Of a stretch of 64,000 bases of DNA, positions 47,701 through 61,399 are shown in pieces. A program made the position numbers and the translations under genes. The notes beneath the pieces are model-generated. The model did no database searches. It saw only the letters and a list, made by a program, of their open reading frames with translations, and was not told where the DNA came from. The stretch is from Glaucostegus cemiculus. Taxonomy: Eukaryota. Location of the stretch: contig CDPCPM010000037.1 in the NCBI GenBank assembly GCA_976551045.1, positions 29,822,001 through 29,886,000 on the forward strand. The letters are read 5' to 3'. Each line of letters begins with the position of its first letter. Positions within the stretch are counted from its first letter, which is position 1.

Positions 47701-50700
47701 TTTGGGGGAGGGACAGGTAATTCTGAGTCAATGATGGCTCCGTAGAAATGCCAACAATGTGAAACGTTAATTAAGTTTCTCCCTACTTAGACGCTGCCCG
47801 AATTTTTATTTCAGATTTCCGGCTTCCACAATATTTTGCTTTTAAATCACCTCATTGCTGTTGGCGGGAGCTTACTGAACACGAGCTGGCTGCAGTGTTT
47901 CCTACACGAGGCAGCAATGGCACAGCAAGCAGAACTGCTGCCACGCTGCTCCAGCGACCCGGGTTCAATCCCGACCTCTGGCGCTGTGTGGAGTTTGCAG
48001 GACCTCTCTGCGACAGGGAATTATCTCAATGCTTCCAAAGCACTTCATTAGCCATCCCAAAGTGGGAAAGAATTTAAATAACTGCAGGCCCTTTTAAGTG
48101 TTTTTTTAAAGCTAGCATTTCACTAACTATAGGAAACACCAGATAACAAAGACACATGGACTATTTACTGTATTTTGTACAATGGAATGTTTCACCACAG
48201 GCTGGTTCCAGACTCAAAACAAAATCTCCCGTTATAATTGGTACTTTGTTTTGCCATACAGAGTTTCACATGCTACTAAATCTGATTAACAAAGCTAATT
48301 CTTTCCAGGAGAAAGGGAGTGGTTGGAGCAGTAGAAAGTTCAATTTGTGCCATGGTGACTTAACAAACACACAGAGTTAAAGTCACAGAGCTCTCCAAGT
48401 AACGTGCAGAAACTTTGAATTGGAAAACTATGTTATTTGAAGTCACCTTCTGCAAAGAGGAAATGACACATTTCCAAGAAATTCTTTTTATATTCATTTC
48501 TATTTAGCTCAGTTATCTCTTCCTCCTGCTGCTTTTGATTGTCTCAGCTTTTCACACATAAAAGGTGGGAAACTCTAATCACAATACAGAGGTAAAAGGC
48601 AAGGATGTCCATTTCCATTTACTGCAAGACCCAGGAGTATGCTTTTCAACAGATCACTGCAGGAAGGCTACACATTGCTCCTCATTCCACACCCCTACAA
48701 CTTTCCCTTTCTGCAGTAAAAATTAAAGTCTTGTTGCAACGTACAAGACTCTGGCGAGATCAAAACTGCACACATTCCCAAGAAGAGCACACTCGCCTTG
48801 GAGTCGGTACATCATTTGATATATTAGGTTGATTTCTAGGAGGCAGGAGGTTGTCCTGAAGAGATGTTGAGAAAGAGTAGCCCGTACTCTGTGGAATTCA
48901 GAAGAATGAGATGAGATGGACTGTCAGAAGATTTATCCAGAAACTGGTTCCCGAGCCATGGGCTACAGGATAAGGAGTAGACCGTTTAGCATTGAGACAA
49001 ATGAAGTTTCTTCTCTTGGAGGTTTGCAAGGCTTTGGCGTACTATTCAAGACTGACTGATAGGGGAACAGGGATAAAAGCTGATTAGGCAGGAAAGTGGA
49101 AGAGGCATAGATTCTGCCATGGTCTTGTGGACTGGCACAGCAGGATTTATGGATTACTCCTGATCCAAGGGGGATGCTTTATTTGTCTAAGCAAGAGTCA
49201 TTCACTGGTCATCCAAATGACCATTCCTCGTTTACAATGTTAGACAGCATGGCCTAGATATTCAGATGGTAATTCATTGCAACTGATCGAGTTGGTTACA
49301 GTCAGTGTCACAAACGGATCACCAAGCCCGTATGCCCACATGACATCCATGTGCAAGGACCAATCTACTACTCCCATGCTATCCAGCAGTTAATTCTGGA
49401 TAACAAGGACATTGGCCATTATGTCCTTCACTGATCAGCTGCCCAGACCAACTATCACAGCAAGATCACAGGTTTGACGACTCTGGTCTTCCTGACTACA
49501 AAAAATGTTGATCTATCAACAAGACAAGACTTGTTGCAATTGATCAAAAGGTTAAAAACTTTGAGAACTTCACAAAACTAAGATCTTGTTTTAAAGTCAT
49601 GTTAAAGTTAAAGGATTCCAAGTAACATGTCTGGCATGTGATCAAATCAAGTATACAATTCCTTTACTGTTGTTATTTCCATGCAGGATTCAGCAGAACT
49701 CACATACTGCACTGTGACACACCACATTTCAGTCACAAGATTGTGTTTGAAGTCAAGTTATTGGTAAGATGTTAATCTTGGCTCCAAGAATCTAAGACTA
49801 TCCACGCAAAAGAAAAAAAATTCTGATATCACAAGCCATGGACTTATGAGCTAATGTCCTTCCTATTCGTAAACACCATCTTTCACAGAGTTTCAACAAC
49901 CCAGAATTCTGAATGTTCTTCAGATCTTCTCCTCCAACAACCATCAGACTTTTAAAAGTATGAGCATTTTCTAATCTCTGCACCTTGATGCAATTCCTCC
50001 TTGACTTCCAACCTTGGCAGTGTACCATTACATATTTTTAACAAATGCTGAAGTAAGGAGTCCAAAATGGCTCAGTACATTGTTGAAATTCAGTCAACAT
50101 CAATCGCAAAATAACCTCCCCTAAATCTCAGCCAACATCAAGCCTGCTGATAATGCAGTCTGCCAAGTTACTTTTACATTTTCTTTGGAAAAATTATTTA
50201 GGATCCCATTAGACCAACCTCTCTCCCCTTAGTGACGTAACAAGTTCTTAAGAATTATCCCTCACCTCCTCCTTCCCCTGCAGTCAGTGAACCCTTAATA
50301 AATCTTCCCTCTGCAGAGAGTGGTGTGAACAAGAGGATTAAAAGTTACCTTGGTTACCTGATCTGCTTACTGTATTAAGTATAGTTTTGTGTTACACTGT
50401 TCCCTCTGTGTTAATAAGAGATTATTCACAAATCAAACATTTTAGGGTTATAATCAACCTAATATATGTGTAAGGGAAGTGGAAAAACAATAGGAATTTC
50501 TATATTAAGTACCAATGTGTTCCAGGTCAGTTACTCTTTGAAGAATATCTTTGGCTATTAAGGCTCTGGATTTTTAAAAAAATGCACTATTGACTCTAAA
50601 AAGAATGTAGCGTTAACAGTAATTCACAGAGAAGCACAAGTCTTGCATTGTCCTATATCTGATGCAGTCTCAGAACTTAGATTCAACTACAGAAGTCAAA

Positions 50701-51284
50701 CACTCTGCCTCTAAGTTTGTATTCCTAATAGCAACAGGAGCTTGAATGGAATGCAAGCCAACCACAGGCACTGCCAACTACAATTCACTGTGGCTTTGCC
50801 CTCCTCTTTTCCCTTGGTCCAATTCTCCACAGCAACCCCTCCACCCATTGTCCTAGAGAGATCATTCAGGGGAGTGAGACTCGATAATTAGCTATCTGAC
50901 TAGGGTGTGAGTGATGTGAGGACAGTGGGGACAAGATTGCGACCGAATGGGTGACAACAGAAAAGGGATGATATAAATTATATCTTCCCCCCCGAGTGGT
51001 TAGGATGTGGACTGCACTGCCAGATGTAGCAATGGAGGAAGATTCAAGTGTAACAGTCAAAGAGGGAAATGAACAAGTATACAAGTTGTAGGGCTTTGGG
51101 GAGAAGGCAGAAAAATAGGATTTGTTGGATTACTCTCAAGTGGAGCCAGCACAAACTCAATGGACAGAATAGCCTCCCATTCTGTGACAGAGGAGGAAAC
51201 TACTGGGGACCATGATTGAGGGATGCTGGAAGGACTGGAGGGACACAAAATGGGACAGAGGAGGGGAAAATTACAAGAACTGAC

Positions 51285-51497
51285 CACACCCACACTGAAG
51301 ACCCACATTCAATGTTTCAGGAACAGCTTCTTCCCCTCCACCATCAGATTCCCGATCAGTCCGCGAACACTATCTCATTATTCCTCTTTTGCACCTTTTG
51401 TTTTTATAATTTACTGTAATGTTTGTCTTGCACTGCACTGCTGCCACAAAACAACAAATTTCATGACATATGTTAGTGACAAGAAGTCTGATTTTGA
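51285..51497 (+). mobile_element. Rex/Babar LINE 3' fragment
   Basis: LKTHIQCFRNSFFPSTIR followed by the 3' UTR. Confidence 0.7.
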
Positions 51498-51712
51498 TGC
51501 AGCTGGGTGAGGAGTAAGATGGCTTCCAACTTCAACAACAAGGGATTACTGCTCGGCCTGCCCACACAGACTCACTTTCCTCTCTCATTGGCTTTGTGTC
51601 CATGTAACATAAAAGGAAGGAAGCCTTCCAGCCCTTCCAGGTTTTGCTAGCTCACAGTGCACTCCCACACCCCCCACTAATGTTCCCTGTGACCTACTCT
51701 CTTCTCCTTCCA

Positions 51713-51985
51713 GATAAGATTTCTTTATTAGTCACATGTACATCGAAACACACAGTGAAATGCATCTTTTTGCGTAGAGTGTTCTGGGGGCAGCCCGCAA
51801 GTCTCGCCGCACTTCCGGTGGCAAATATAGCACGCCCACAACTTCCTAACCCGTACGTCTTTGGAATGTGGGAGGAAGCCGGAGCACCTGGAGGAAACCC
51901 ACGCAGACACGGGGAGAACGTACAAACTCCTTACGGACAGCAGCCGGAATTGAACCAGGGTCGCTGGTGCTGTAAAAGCGTTCTA
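51713..51985 (-). mobile_element. V-SINE type B inserted in an older V-SINE (about 51610-52190)
   Basis: Reverse head, V-domain and type-B tail; flanks are remnants of an older SINE. Confidence 0.8.
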
Positions 51986-52919
51986 CCAACCACCAACACA
52001 AGAAGGGACAACTTACAATGACCAATTAACCTACCACACCATACAACACGTGGGATGTGGGAGGAAACTGGCACACCTGGCAGAAGCCCACATGGTCACG
52101 GGAAGGACACACCAACCCCACACGGACAGCAGAGGTCAGGACTGAGACCAGGCTGCTGGCACTGAGGAGGCACCTGTGGCGCTATGCCAGCTAATCTTGG
52201 TGCCAGCCCCAGGTCTACCCCCCAGCATCACTGCCCATTCTGGGCGCAGATGTTACACAGTCAGGAGGATTTGCACCACATTTAACTTCAGAAAAGGACA
52301 ATGGCAGATGGGATGCCACCAAAGGGAGGATACTGTGGACACCTACAAGCAGTGTGTTTGAGCTGCTGCTGGTCCCTGCTCATAAATGATGAATAAAGCT
52401 CATTCAGAACACAATAACTTCTGCAAAGCCCAGAGGTCACCACCATCCAAAACTTATTTCCAGCTGACCCGAGTAAAACCCAACACATCGGTATTGGATT
52501 TGATGTCCCTCCGCTAACCATTACCCATAAACTTGGGTGATTTACTGCACTGCATCTACCAATGTCCTTCCTAATGTACCACTCCTAACAAATCTAAATG
52601 CCTGCCTGACCCAAAATGAAGCAACAATGCCGGGGACTGGAACAAATGAGGCATTTTAGCAAGTTTTAAGAGAAAGGCATACAGGATGTCAACAGTGCAA
52701 AACACTAAAGCCGGCTGGGCATCTCCAAAGTCAAAATATTTGCTGCTTTCCTAACTCTGATTAGTGCTGTCAGGATCAGAGCCTTGTGCATGCATACAGT
52801 GCCTTTGCCTGACGTGAAGGCTTCAGTATAACATGGAATTCTCTGCAATTAATCTGGCAGGGCAACACAACAACAGACGATAAAACCAGACAGGCTAAAC
52901 ATGTTTGCATAGTTAACAA

Positions 52920-53310
52920 CAGGAGTCAGAGTCACACAGCACGTAAACAGGCCCTTCAGCCCAACTGGTCTATGTCGCCCAAGGTAAATTGGTTTATTAT
53001 TGTCACACATACTGAGATACAGCAAAAAGCTTGTCTTGCCTACAGATCTATTTGTTGCACAGTGCACAGAGGTCTAAGCTAGTTCCATTTGCCCGCGTTT
53101 AGCCCATATCCTTCTAAACCTTTCCCATGTACCTGTCCAAATGCCTTTTAATGTTGTTAATGTACCCATCTCAACCACTCCATAGACAGACCATCCTCTG
53201 GGTGAAAAAGTCACCCCTCTCACCTTAAACCTATAAACCTCTAGTTCTCAATTCCCCAACTCTAGGGGGAAAAAAGACTGTGCATTGACCCTATCCACAC
53301 CTCTCATGAT
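52920..53310 (-). mobile_element. CR1 3' fragment with an embedded Rex 3' end (about 52985-53070)
   Basis: aaacaggcccttcagccc CR1 end; attggtttattattgtcaca Rex tail. Confidence 0.65.
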
Positions 53311-54149
53311 TTGGATCGTGTCCTACCTCTATTCCAAGAGGCCATGTATTCCTCCAAATTCAAAAGAGAAAACCCTTCAACTCACCCAGACAAGGCAACC
53401 TCAGTCTAATGGGATATCCGATTCCTTGTGATCTGTCATACACCATACAGCAGTGTACGGAAAACAAACAAATACATACGCCCATTAGATGATGAAAGAT
53501 TCAAGTCATGTTACATGCTGTTCTGAATTACTGTGATGATTGCAGGAAGTTGCATTATTTGGTACTGAAAGGCTACAAACAGTTCAAGCATTCCATTCAG
53601 CAGCGATCTACCCACACACACACACACTTTGTTCAAATGCAGTATGCAAAGTTATTGCAATGACTCATTTTAAAAAAATAATTCAAATGTGATGTCACTA
53701 ATTCCAACTAAATAAAACAGTGAGAAGTTAAGGGGCACTCTGAAAATAGAAGGTTAATTGGAATACTACAGTGTAGATACACACGTCTCTAGGTACATGG
53801 TTGCTCCAGTACTGGAACAGCAACTCAGGAGACCCATTGGCCAATTGTATATTAGAAACAGTTCAACTAGTTCACTCAAAACCTTCAAAGTCAGGAACCT
53901 GTCACCCTTGCACAAGACTCAAGTCTAAATCAGTTCATCTGAAACTACAAGAAATTCAAGAAATTGTCCACCACGACCTTTTGAGAGCAGTTGCCATAAC
54001 TGCATCTGCTTCCCAAATGTGTGTGTGTGTCTGTGTGTGTGTGACCATGGAGTTTCATCTGGGTGCCCCAGTTTCCTCCCACATTGGTAGAATCGGGGGG
54101 AGGAAGGGAGTGTGGCAAGAATAAAATGGGTTAGTGTTGGAGCAAAAAA

Positions 54150-54540
54150 ATAGAACATACTACTGAAGGAACTCAGCAGGTCAGGCAACATCCGTGGAAG
54201 GAAACGGAGAGTTGAGGCTTCGGGTCGAGACCCTTCATCTGTGCTGAAAGAGTAGAGGGGAGAGACAGTACAAAGTGGTGATGGGCAGCGGTGAGGCAAG
54301 AGCTGGCAATCCATAGGTGGATCCAGATGAGGAGGGGTGATTGGCAGATGGAGTCAGGTGGGATAGGGAAGGGTGGAGATAGCAACAAGAGGTGGTAGTG
54401 GAGGCCACAAAGAGCTGCAGATGATGGAAGTTGATAGGAAAGGAAGGTGGAGCATGGAACCCAATAAGGGAGATGGGAACAGTGGGAGGAGGAGTGTGTG
54501 GGTGATGGGCAGATAGAGTAGGTGCAGAAGGGGATTTAGG
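54150..54540 (-). mobile_element. Penelope-derived 3' fragment with a degenerate hammerhead (54207-54246)
   Basis: CAGAUGA-A-GGGUCUCGACCC-GAAG, next to the shared gaactcagcaggtcaggca block. Confidence 0.65.
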
Positions 54541-55654
54541 GATGAATTGGTCGGCACAGACTCAGTGGTCCAAAGAACCTGTTTCCATGCTCTCTCTCTC
54601 CGACTCCATGACTACTTATTTTTAAAAATTAGTTTAGTTTCTCAGAGCCAGAAAACTTGCCTCCCACAACAGGTTCAACCACCTCCATTTATATAGTGAT
54701 TATGTTGCAAAAATTGACCCAATGTGCTTTTTAAAGTATTATCAGAATTGATTCTGAGACACAGGGAGACATTAGATCAGTTAACCAAAAGCTTATTCAA
54801 AAGAGGTCAGAAGACAGCACACAAACTATTCACATATCGAGACTAAACTGCCACAGTGACTTTGACGTTGTTATACAGCTGAAAAAAAAACAGCTCACCA
54901 ACTGACTGAAGGATCTGATGAATGTTAGCTCTGATAGTCTTACTGCAGACACTGCCTGGCCCACTGAGTGGCTCCGGTATTATTTTTTATTTCAGACTTC
55001 CAGCATCTGCAGGTGCCCCCCCCCATTTTGACTTTCATACTGTACAACGCTCCCATCCGATCAAGGTTACAAAATGAACTGTGGATATTAAGGAGTATCA
55101 TAAAAAAGTGTTTTAGATACGAAACTTGTGGCTGAACGTAACACAAGTGACCTACAAGACTGTACACAATGCAAGTGAAGAGACAAGCTTCCTCGCCTTA
55201 ACGCATGCCTCGTCATACTGAAGAATACTGCAGGCACTCAGGCACAGAACCCAGTGAACACCAAAGCAACTATTCTAGTAGGTGTTTGATTTAGAAAAGT
55301 GAAGCGATGATGTGGCTCAAGCTATTCAACACTTCATCCATCAATCCAAAACACCAATTTGCAAAACCATCCAGTGGCACACACACACACACTGCTGACA
55401 AGTGAATGCATCTACAGACTTGAAGTCACTGAGATATGCCAAGTGGCCATAATGATGATCATGAAGTTACATCAATGGCAATTCACATCAGCTCTTCATA
55501 AGTGCACCAGGTAATGGTCAGAACCATGACTCCTCAGTACGTTATTGATAAATCCAGAACTGGTGTAGTAATGAGACTAGATTTAGTCACCAGCCATAAA
55601 AGCAATTTGAAGAATCTTGGATGTGGGTGACAATTCCATTCACTTCCTCGAAAG

Positions 55655-55930
55655 CACATACTACCAAGTTCAAGGGCAGCTTCTACCCTGCTGTTAGAAG
55701 ACTATTGAACAGTCCCCTAGTATGATAAGATGGACAATCTACCTCGTTATGGTGTCACACCTTATTGTCTGCCTGCACTTTTGCTGTAACTGTAACACTT
55801 TATTCTGCATTCTGTTATTGTTTTCCTTTGCACTACCTCAATGCACTGATGTGATGAAATGATCTGCACGGATGTACGCAAAGCAAAGTTTTTCACTGTA
55901 CCTCAGTACATGTGACAAGAATAAACCAAT
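55655..55930 (+). mobile_element. Rex/Babar LINE 3' fragment
   Basis: Family 3' UTR and tail. Confidence 0.78.
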
Positions 55931-56399
55931 TTAATGTACATGTTCAAATGGCCTATGAACACGTCAGGTCAGAGTTTCAACTCTTTCTTCTATACCTTAT
56001 TCAGCGGAAATTTCATGAATAGTGAGAGTGTCAGACAGGACCAACACACCAGGCTTAACCACTGGGGAAGATAAAATCCACAGAAATCTTCAACTCTGCA
56101 GTAATGATTAACTGCATCCTCCAGTAGCAGCATTAGAGTAACCTATGTGATGTAATCAATGTTTGTCCCCCCACGATGAAGGGTTAACGATTAGATTCAA
56201 TGGAGGGAAATCGAGGAGAATGCGTTTAAATTCTCTTGGTTGCATAATAGAAAACTTTGCACACTATTGCAGAAAACTTTCAAAAAGCTGATAATCACTC
56301 CACTGTTCAATTCTCAAAACTCTATACACCATAAGGACATTCACCTGGTGCGTCTTGAAAGGAGATGTACTTATCTCTTTTCAATTGATACTTCAAAAC

Positions 56400-57110
56400 C
56401 GACCACCCAGATGAAAATCAACTCGGAACCAGGTTTTACATAAACCACAGAAAGGGAGGCGGCTCCTTTAAGAAGCATTACGTCATTGTGCGGCTGTGTT
56501 TTATGTTAATAACCTTCACGTCACCTTATTGACTAATCCCAACTAGCCAATACCGGCAAAAATCAGCTGTTTAACAATAGGAGAGCAAATCGGGCTTGAA
56601 TCAAACTGAAAAAAAATATATAAATACTTTGAGCCGGGGAGGAAGGGCTCTGAATGCAAGCCTCCGGGTAACTGTTTCCCAATTTGATCCAAGCACAAGA
56701 ATAAATATAACTAGTACAGTTAATCCGTTTCCGAGTTAAACAGCCCATAGGGGAATAGCAGCTATTTATATAAATTTCAGAACAAGGTCACACTTTGACG
56801 TGCAGCATTGTTGTAATCAACATTTCGAATTGATATACTGAGTTAGTGGGAAAACAAGCTATTTATACAGTGAACGGAGACTGTTCTCCTAGTCGGAGAG
56901 AGTGGGGGGGGGGGGGTCACGGCAATGACAATCATACTATGCGGGATAGTTTCACCAGGAGGTATTTGAAACACGATTCCAGATAGAAATAAAATCCCAA
57001 CACAAAGTATTACGCCAGAAGTGAACATCTCCAACACCCGCACATATTGTTAAATACCTCACACCGACTGCATCCTCAAGTTGCACAAGCGGTTACACAA
57101 GTAGTTACAA
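56400..57110. promoter_or_regulatory. Candidate promoter-proximal intronic enhancer
   Basis: Repeat-free and CpG-retaining. Contains ATTACGTCAT (56477-56486), CACGTCAC, CAAGGTCA (56783-56790), two GCTATTTATA motifs, and paired C/EBP-like TTGCACAA/TTACACAA (57081, 57093). Confidence 0.4.
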
Positions 57111-57255
57111 TGAGAGAGAGAGAGAGAGGAAAAAAAACCTGACCTTATACACAGTGAAAGATGTCACAATACTAGGGGTGAGGGGGTGGCGGGGAGGTGG
57201 GGGGGGGGGAGAAAGAGGTGGGGGATAATTCCAAGTAAACGTTACTTAGGCTTAC

Positions 57256-57390
57256 CTGCCTTCTTCTAGTTGTCAAGTGTCTGCAGTCTGCACCATGGAA
57301 AGAGCACAGCAAACAAAAACAATCAAAGGAAAAACACCTCGCGGGCAGTTGAAGTGAGGTAGAACTATGTAATTCAGCGGAAAGAAGTGC
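57256..57390 (-). other. TP53INP2: Probable non-coding first (5' UTR) exon of TP53INP2; 5' boundary uncertain
   Basis: Consensus donor GGCAG|GTAAGC after 57256, directly downstream of a motif-dense, CpG-containing, repeat-free region. It could instead be a 32-nt internal exon starting at 57287, because a pyrimidine tract and AG precede that position. Confidence 0.55.
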
Positions 57391-57960
57391 AGCCAGCTCA
57401 TTTATTTTAGCGGGGGGGGGGAGAGAGAGAGAGAGATGTTCCTTCTTGGAAAGAAAACTCCCCAGCCACTACCGCGCCATCTGCTCTCCCAGCCCCAGCG
57501 GGTCCCACCGAGTGTATCAGATTTTAGAATGTGACGAACAGCTGATCGGCCTCTGTGAGACCGTCGGGGGAGGTGGTGGGGGGGGGGGGCCACTTTGTGA
57601 CGCAATCCCGGCCTCTCCACCAATCAACGCCGCCTTCTCTCCCCCTCCCACGTGACCTTGCCCTGGCCAATTTGTTTTCAGGTGAGGGAGGATTGAGGCG
57701 CACGGTCAGAATAACACATGATGTCATCTTTTTTTAAAAACAAAATTGGAAATACAACGTTTGAAAAGAAGGATCGACTATGTTTGCAAATAAATGCAGC
57801 TTTTGTTTTTAAGATGTGCCTTCCTTTCTCCCTAAAAGGAGGTTGCTAGGCTGCAGAGAAAACGTCACATAGCTGGAGGTCCCTGGTGTCCACACTGGTG
57901 TTTACGTGCGGGGACTGAGGACCAGTTTGCTCACAGGCCACTGAGTATGGTGTTTGTTTA
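57391..57960 (-). promoter_or_regulatory. Probable TP53INP2 promoter
   Basis: TATA-like ctaaaataaa (57410-57401), TGACGCAAT (57598-57606), CCAAT (57620, 57667), CACGTGAC E-box (57649-57656) overlapping TGACCTTG (57653-57660), ATGATGTCAT (57718-57727), TGTTTAC (57899-57905) overlapping TACGTGC; raised CpG content. Confidence 0.6.
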
Positions 57961-58002
57961 AAAAAAAAGCAGTAGCAGGACGATGATGAATCACCTTGAT
58001 GA

Positions 58003-58577
58003 TAAAGTACATCTTATCTGGTTGTATCACGGCTTGGTACGGCATCTGCTCTGCCCAGGACCGCAAGAAACTGCAGAGAGTTGTGGATATTGCCCAGTGC
58101 ATCACGGACACCAGCCTCCCCTCCTTGGACTCTGTCTTTACCTCTCGCTGTCTCTTTACCGCTCACTGTCTTGGTGAAGCAGCCAGCATGATCAAAGACC
58201 CCACTGATCCAGGACATTCTCTCTTCTCTCCTCTTCCATCAGGTAGAAGATACAGGTGCCTGAGGGCACATACCGCCAGACTTAAGGACAGCTTCTACCC
58301 CACCGTGATAAAACTATTGAACAGTACCCTTATACGATGAGATGGACTCTGACCTCACGATCTACCTCGTTGTGACCTTGCACCTTATTGCACTGCACTT
58401 TCTCTGTATCTGTGACACTTTGTACTGTTACTGTTTTTACCTGTACTACCTCAATGCACTCTGTACTAACTCAATGTAACTGCACTGTGTTATGAATTGA
58501 CCTGTATGATCAGTTTATAAGACAAGCTTTTCACTGTACCTCAGTACAAGTGACAATAATAAACCGATACCAATACC
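58003..58577 (+). mobile_element. Rex/Babar LINE 3' fragment
   Basis: ORF 57996-58340 ILSGCITAWYG..DRKKLQRVV..LPSGRRYR..RLKDSFYP. Confidence 0.88.
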
Positions 58578-59249
58578 TTTAACTCTGCTGCATTTTCAGG
58601 CTTGGGCATATTGGTGATGCCGCAACTTTTTGCTTCACTATTTGTAGGGTACTTTTGGTGGAAAGTCTATTTGCTGCCAGTACTGTGTGGGGCAAAGATA
58701 TTGTACAGTCCCACTTTCTCATTGCCTGAACACACTTGCAAATTATGAAGTCCTCCTTTCTGTTATCATTTTGAATTCCCACTGAAATTGCATCTGTTTT
58801 CTTCCTTAGCCTTGGATCAACAGGTTCCCAAAATGTGAACATTCAGCCAATGTTTTAAACTGGCAGTGCTGTGCTGTATGATGGTCATTGCAATGATAGC
58901 AGTGGACTTAACTGATCTTACTAGTACACTCCTGGTTTGGTTCCATAGGCTTAGACTTTGCTGTGCCTCTTTGACCCTGGACTCTATTTATATCACAGTC
59001 ACTTGTTGAAGACAAAATCCCTTAGCATTGTCGGATACCATTAGCAACACCACAACATTATTGTCATTCACCAAACCACATACACCTACTATGGGCACAC
59101 TCCAAAAAAAAGCACCAAAATCACAATGTAAGGATAAGTTCTTTAATAAGACAATGTCCCTATTAATTGTCGCATCTGCCTCTGGCTCCTTGTCCCAAGC
59201 GTAAAACTTTGAGCTATTTCTAAGGGTTAAATTAATATTCCAGTGACTT

Positions 59250-59491
59250 GTGTTCAATTCTGCCGCTGTCTGTAAGGAGTTTGTACATTCTCCCTGTGAC
59301 TGCGTGGGTTTCCTCTGTGTGCTGCGGTTTCCTCCCACATTCCAAAGTCGTACAGGTTAGGAAGTTGTGGGCATGCTATGTTGGCGCCGCAAGCGTGGTG
59401 ACACTTGCGGGCTGCCCCCAGAACACTCTGCGCAAAAAGATGCATTTCACTGTGTGTTTTGATGCACATGTGACTGATAAAGATACCTTAT
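59250..59491 (+). mobile_element. V-SINE type B, 5' truncated
   Basis: B box, V-domain and type-B tail. Confidence 0.82.
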
Positions 59492-59825
59492 TTCCCTTGT
59501 CACCTCTGGCCCAATTTCCATCTGGAAAATTGCTTTTATACTCTTGTTTTGGGCTCTAATGATATTACATGATATTTTATCTTTGGGAATATTGTTTGCT
59601 TTAAAGAACACGTCAATTGATTTGATATACAGGCTGAAGTGTCCTCAAGCTGGATCATACATGCCAAAGCTCCTGATATAGCCAGTCATGTAGCCGGCTG
59701 TCTCAGTCCTATCGTGCTGCACTCAATATAACTGCACTGTGTAATGAACTGACCTGTATGATCGGTTTATAAGACAAGCTTTTCACTGTGTGAGAAGCTT
59801 GTGAGGGATGCTTGTGAGGAGAGTG

Positions 59826-60082
59826 GGGGCGGCACGATAGCGTAGTGGTTAACGCGACACTGTTACAGCGCCAGCGATCAGGGTTCGATTCCCGTCGCTG
59901 ACTGTAAGGAGTTTGTACATTCTCCCGTGTCTGCGTGGGGTTCCTCCGGGTGCTCCGGTTTCCTCCCACATTCTGAAAGACGTACAGGTAGGTTAATTTG
60001 GGGGTTTAAAATGGGTGGCGCGGACTCGTTGGGCCAAAAGGGCCTGTTACCACGCTGTAAATAAATTTTAAAAATTTAATTT
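59826..60082 (+). mobile_element. V-SINE type A
   Basis: Near-identical to 2206-2485. Confidence 0.87.
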
Positions 60083-61399
60083 ATTCAACAGTGAAACAGC
60101 TAAACTCGGTGTGTCTGAAAATGCACTGATAGATCACACCACTGCCCCTTGTTATTATGGCTTCATATGCTTGGGCACTCTCATCAATACATTAAGGAGC
60201 CTCAGATAAACAAAATTCAAATCAGGAGGTTGAAGGAAACATTCATGAAGTGAACTCATTTAAAGGTTGCCAAATGAGGATCATCAACATCGTTCAACAA
60301 GTCCTTCAACTTCCTCATCGCCAGTTAGAAATGTCTTCAGGATGCATCAAGATACTCTTTATAAATCCAAAAGAGGTAGAGGTTTATTTACAAAAGAACA
60401 CCCTTATTTACATGCTGTTAGAGCTGCTGAAACAGAATATCTGTGAAACAGTCCCATTGTATGAGAAGCAGGCATACCACAAGCTTCTGCTGTCCAATAG
60501 GACCACAGTATAAACATACACATCGATACAGAGAAAGTAGAATATTCCATGTTTAAAGATACATTACATACTGAAATTCTGTCAGTGGAAGGTTGCTATA
60601 TTAATACTGTATGTTCAGTTGGGAGGGCTTTATGTCATGCCATGGGGTAAGATATTCTACAGTATTTCCATATATCAACATATTGTATTCTTATTAGATG
60701 AGGGAGTCGTGTGAAGTCCCCACTCTCTTATTCTGCAAACCCTTTTTTTCTCCCCTCTTCCCTCCCCAGTTCATTCCCCGCACTCCATCCACCAGTCGCT
60801 TGCACTATCTGGGAACGAGACTTATATCAGGGTCATTTCAAGGCCGGATGAAGACTCTCAACCCAAAACGTCGACTGTCCATTTCCCTACATGGATACTG
60901 GGTTCCTCCAGCTCCTTCCTGCCAGTTCAAGGCCACCGAGTGTTCACCATAGGCCAGATCCAACCGACATTGGGCTCACAGCTGCAGTTCCACTCCTGGA
61001 ACCTCTGATTTTTCACTTGAGGGCTGCCGCAACCCAGCCCCATAAGCAGCCTTGCTGCAACGTGCCTTTTCACGGTGATAATGGTGTATAATGTTGGGCA
61101 GGCCATCGCCTGGTACTCTGCTGGTGGTCAGTTATCCCAGAACAGATGCTAAATGTTGGTAGATGTTATTGGGGGAAGGGAGGGTGGTGTGTGGAAAGGG
61201 TGAGGGAGAGCGAGTGACAGAGAGAGAGGATGGTGGACAGAGAGAGAGAGTATGGAGGGTGCAGAGGGAGAGGAACGTTGGGGGATCTGAGTGGGGCTGT
61301 GCTTATTTTTATTCAATCAAAGTCACCAGGACAATGCCAACTGCATCAGATGTCTGTGTGATTCAAACTGCCGATTCCTCTTAAAACTTCTTACTTAAC

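Noticed and set aside
59720-59790. Short near-copy of 58470-58540
   Set aside because: A fragment of a high-copy Rex 3' UTR; cannot be told apart from an ordinary family remnant.
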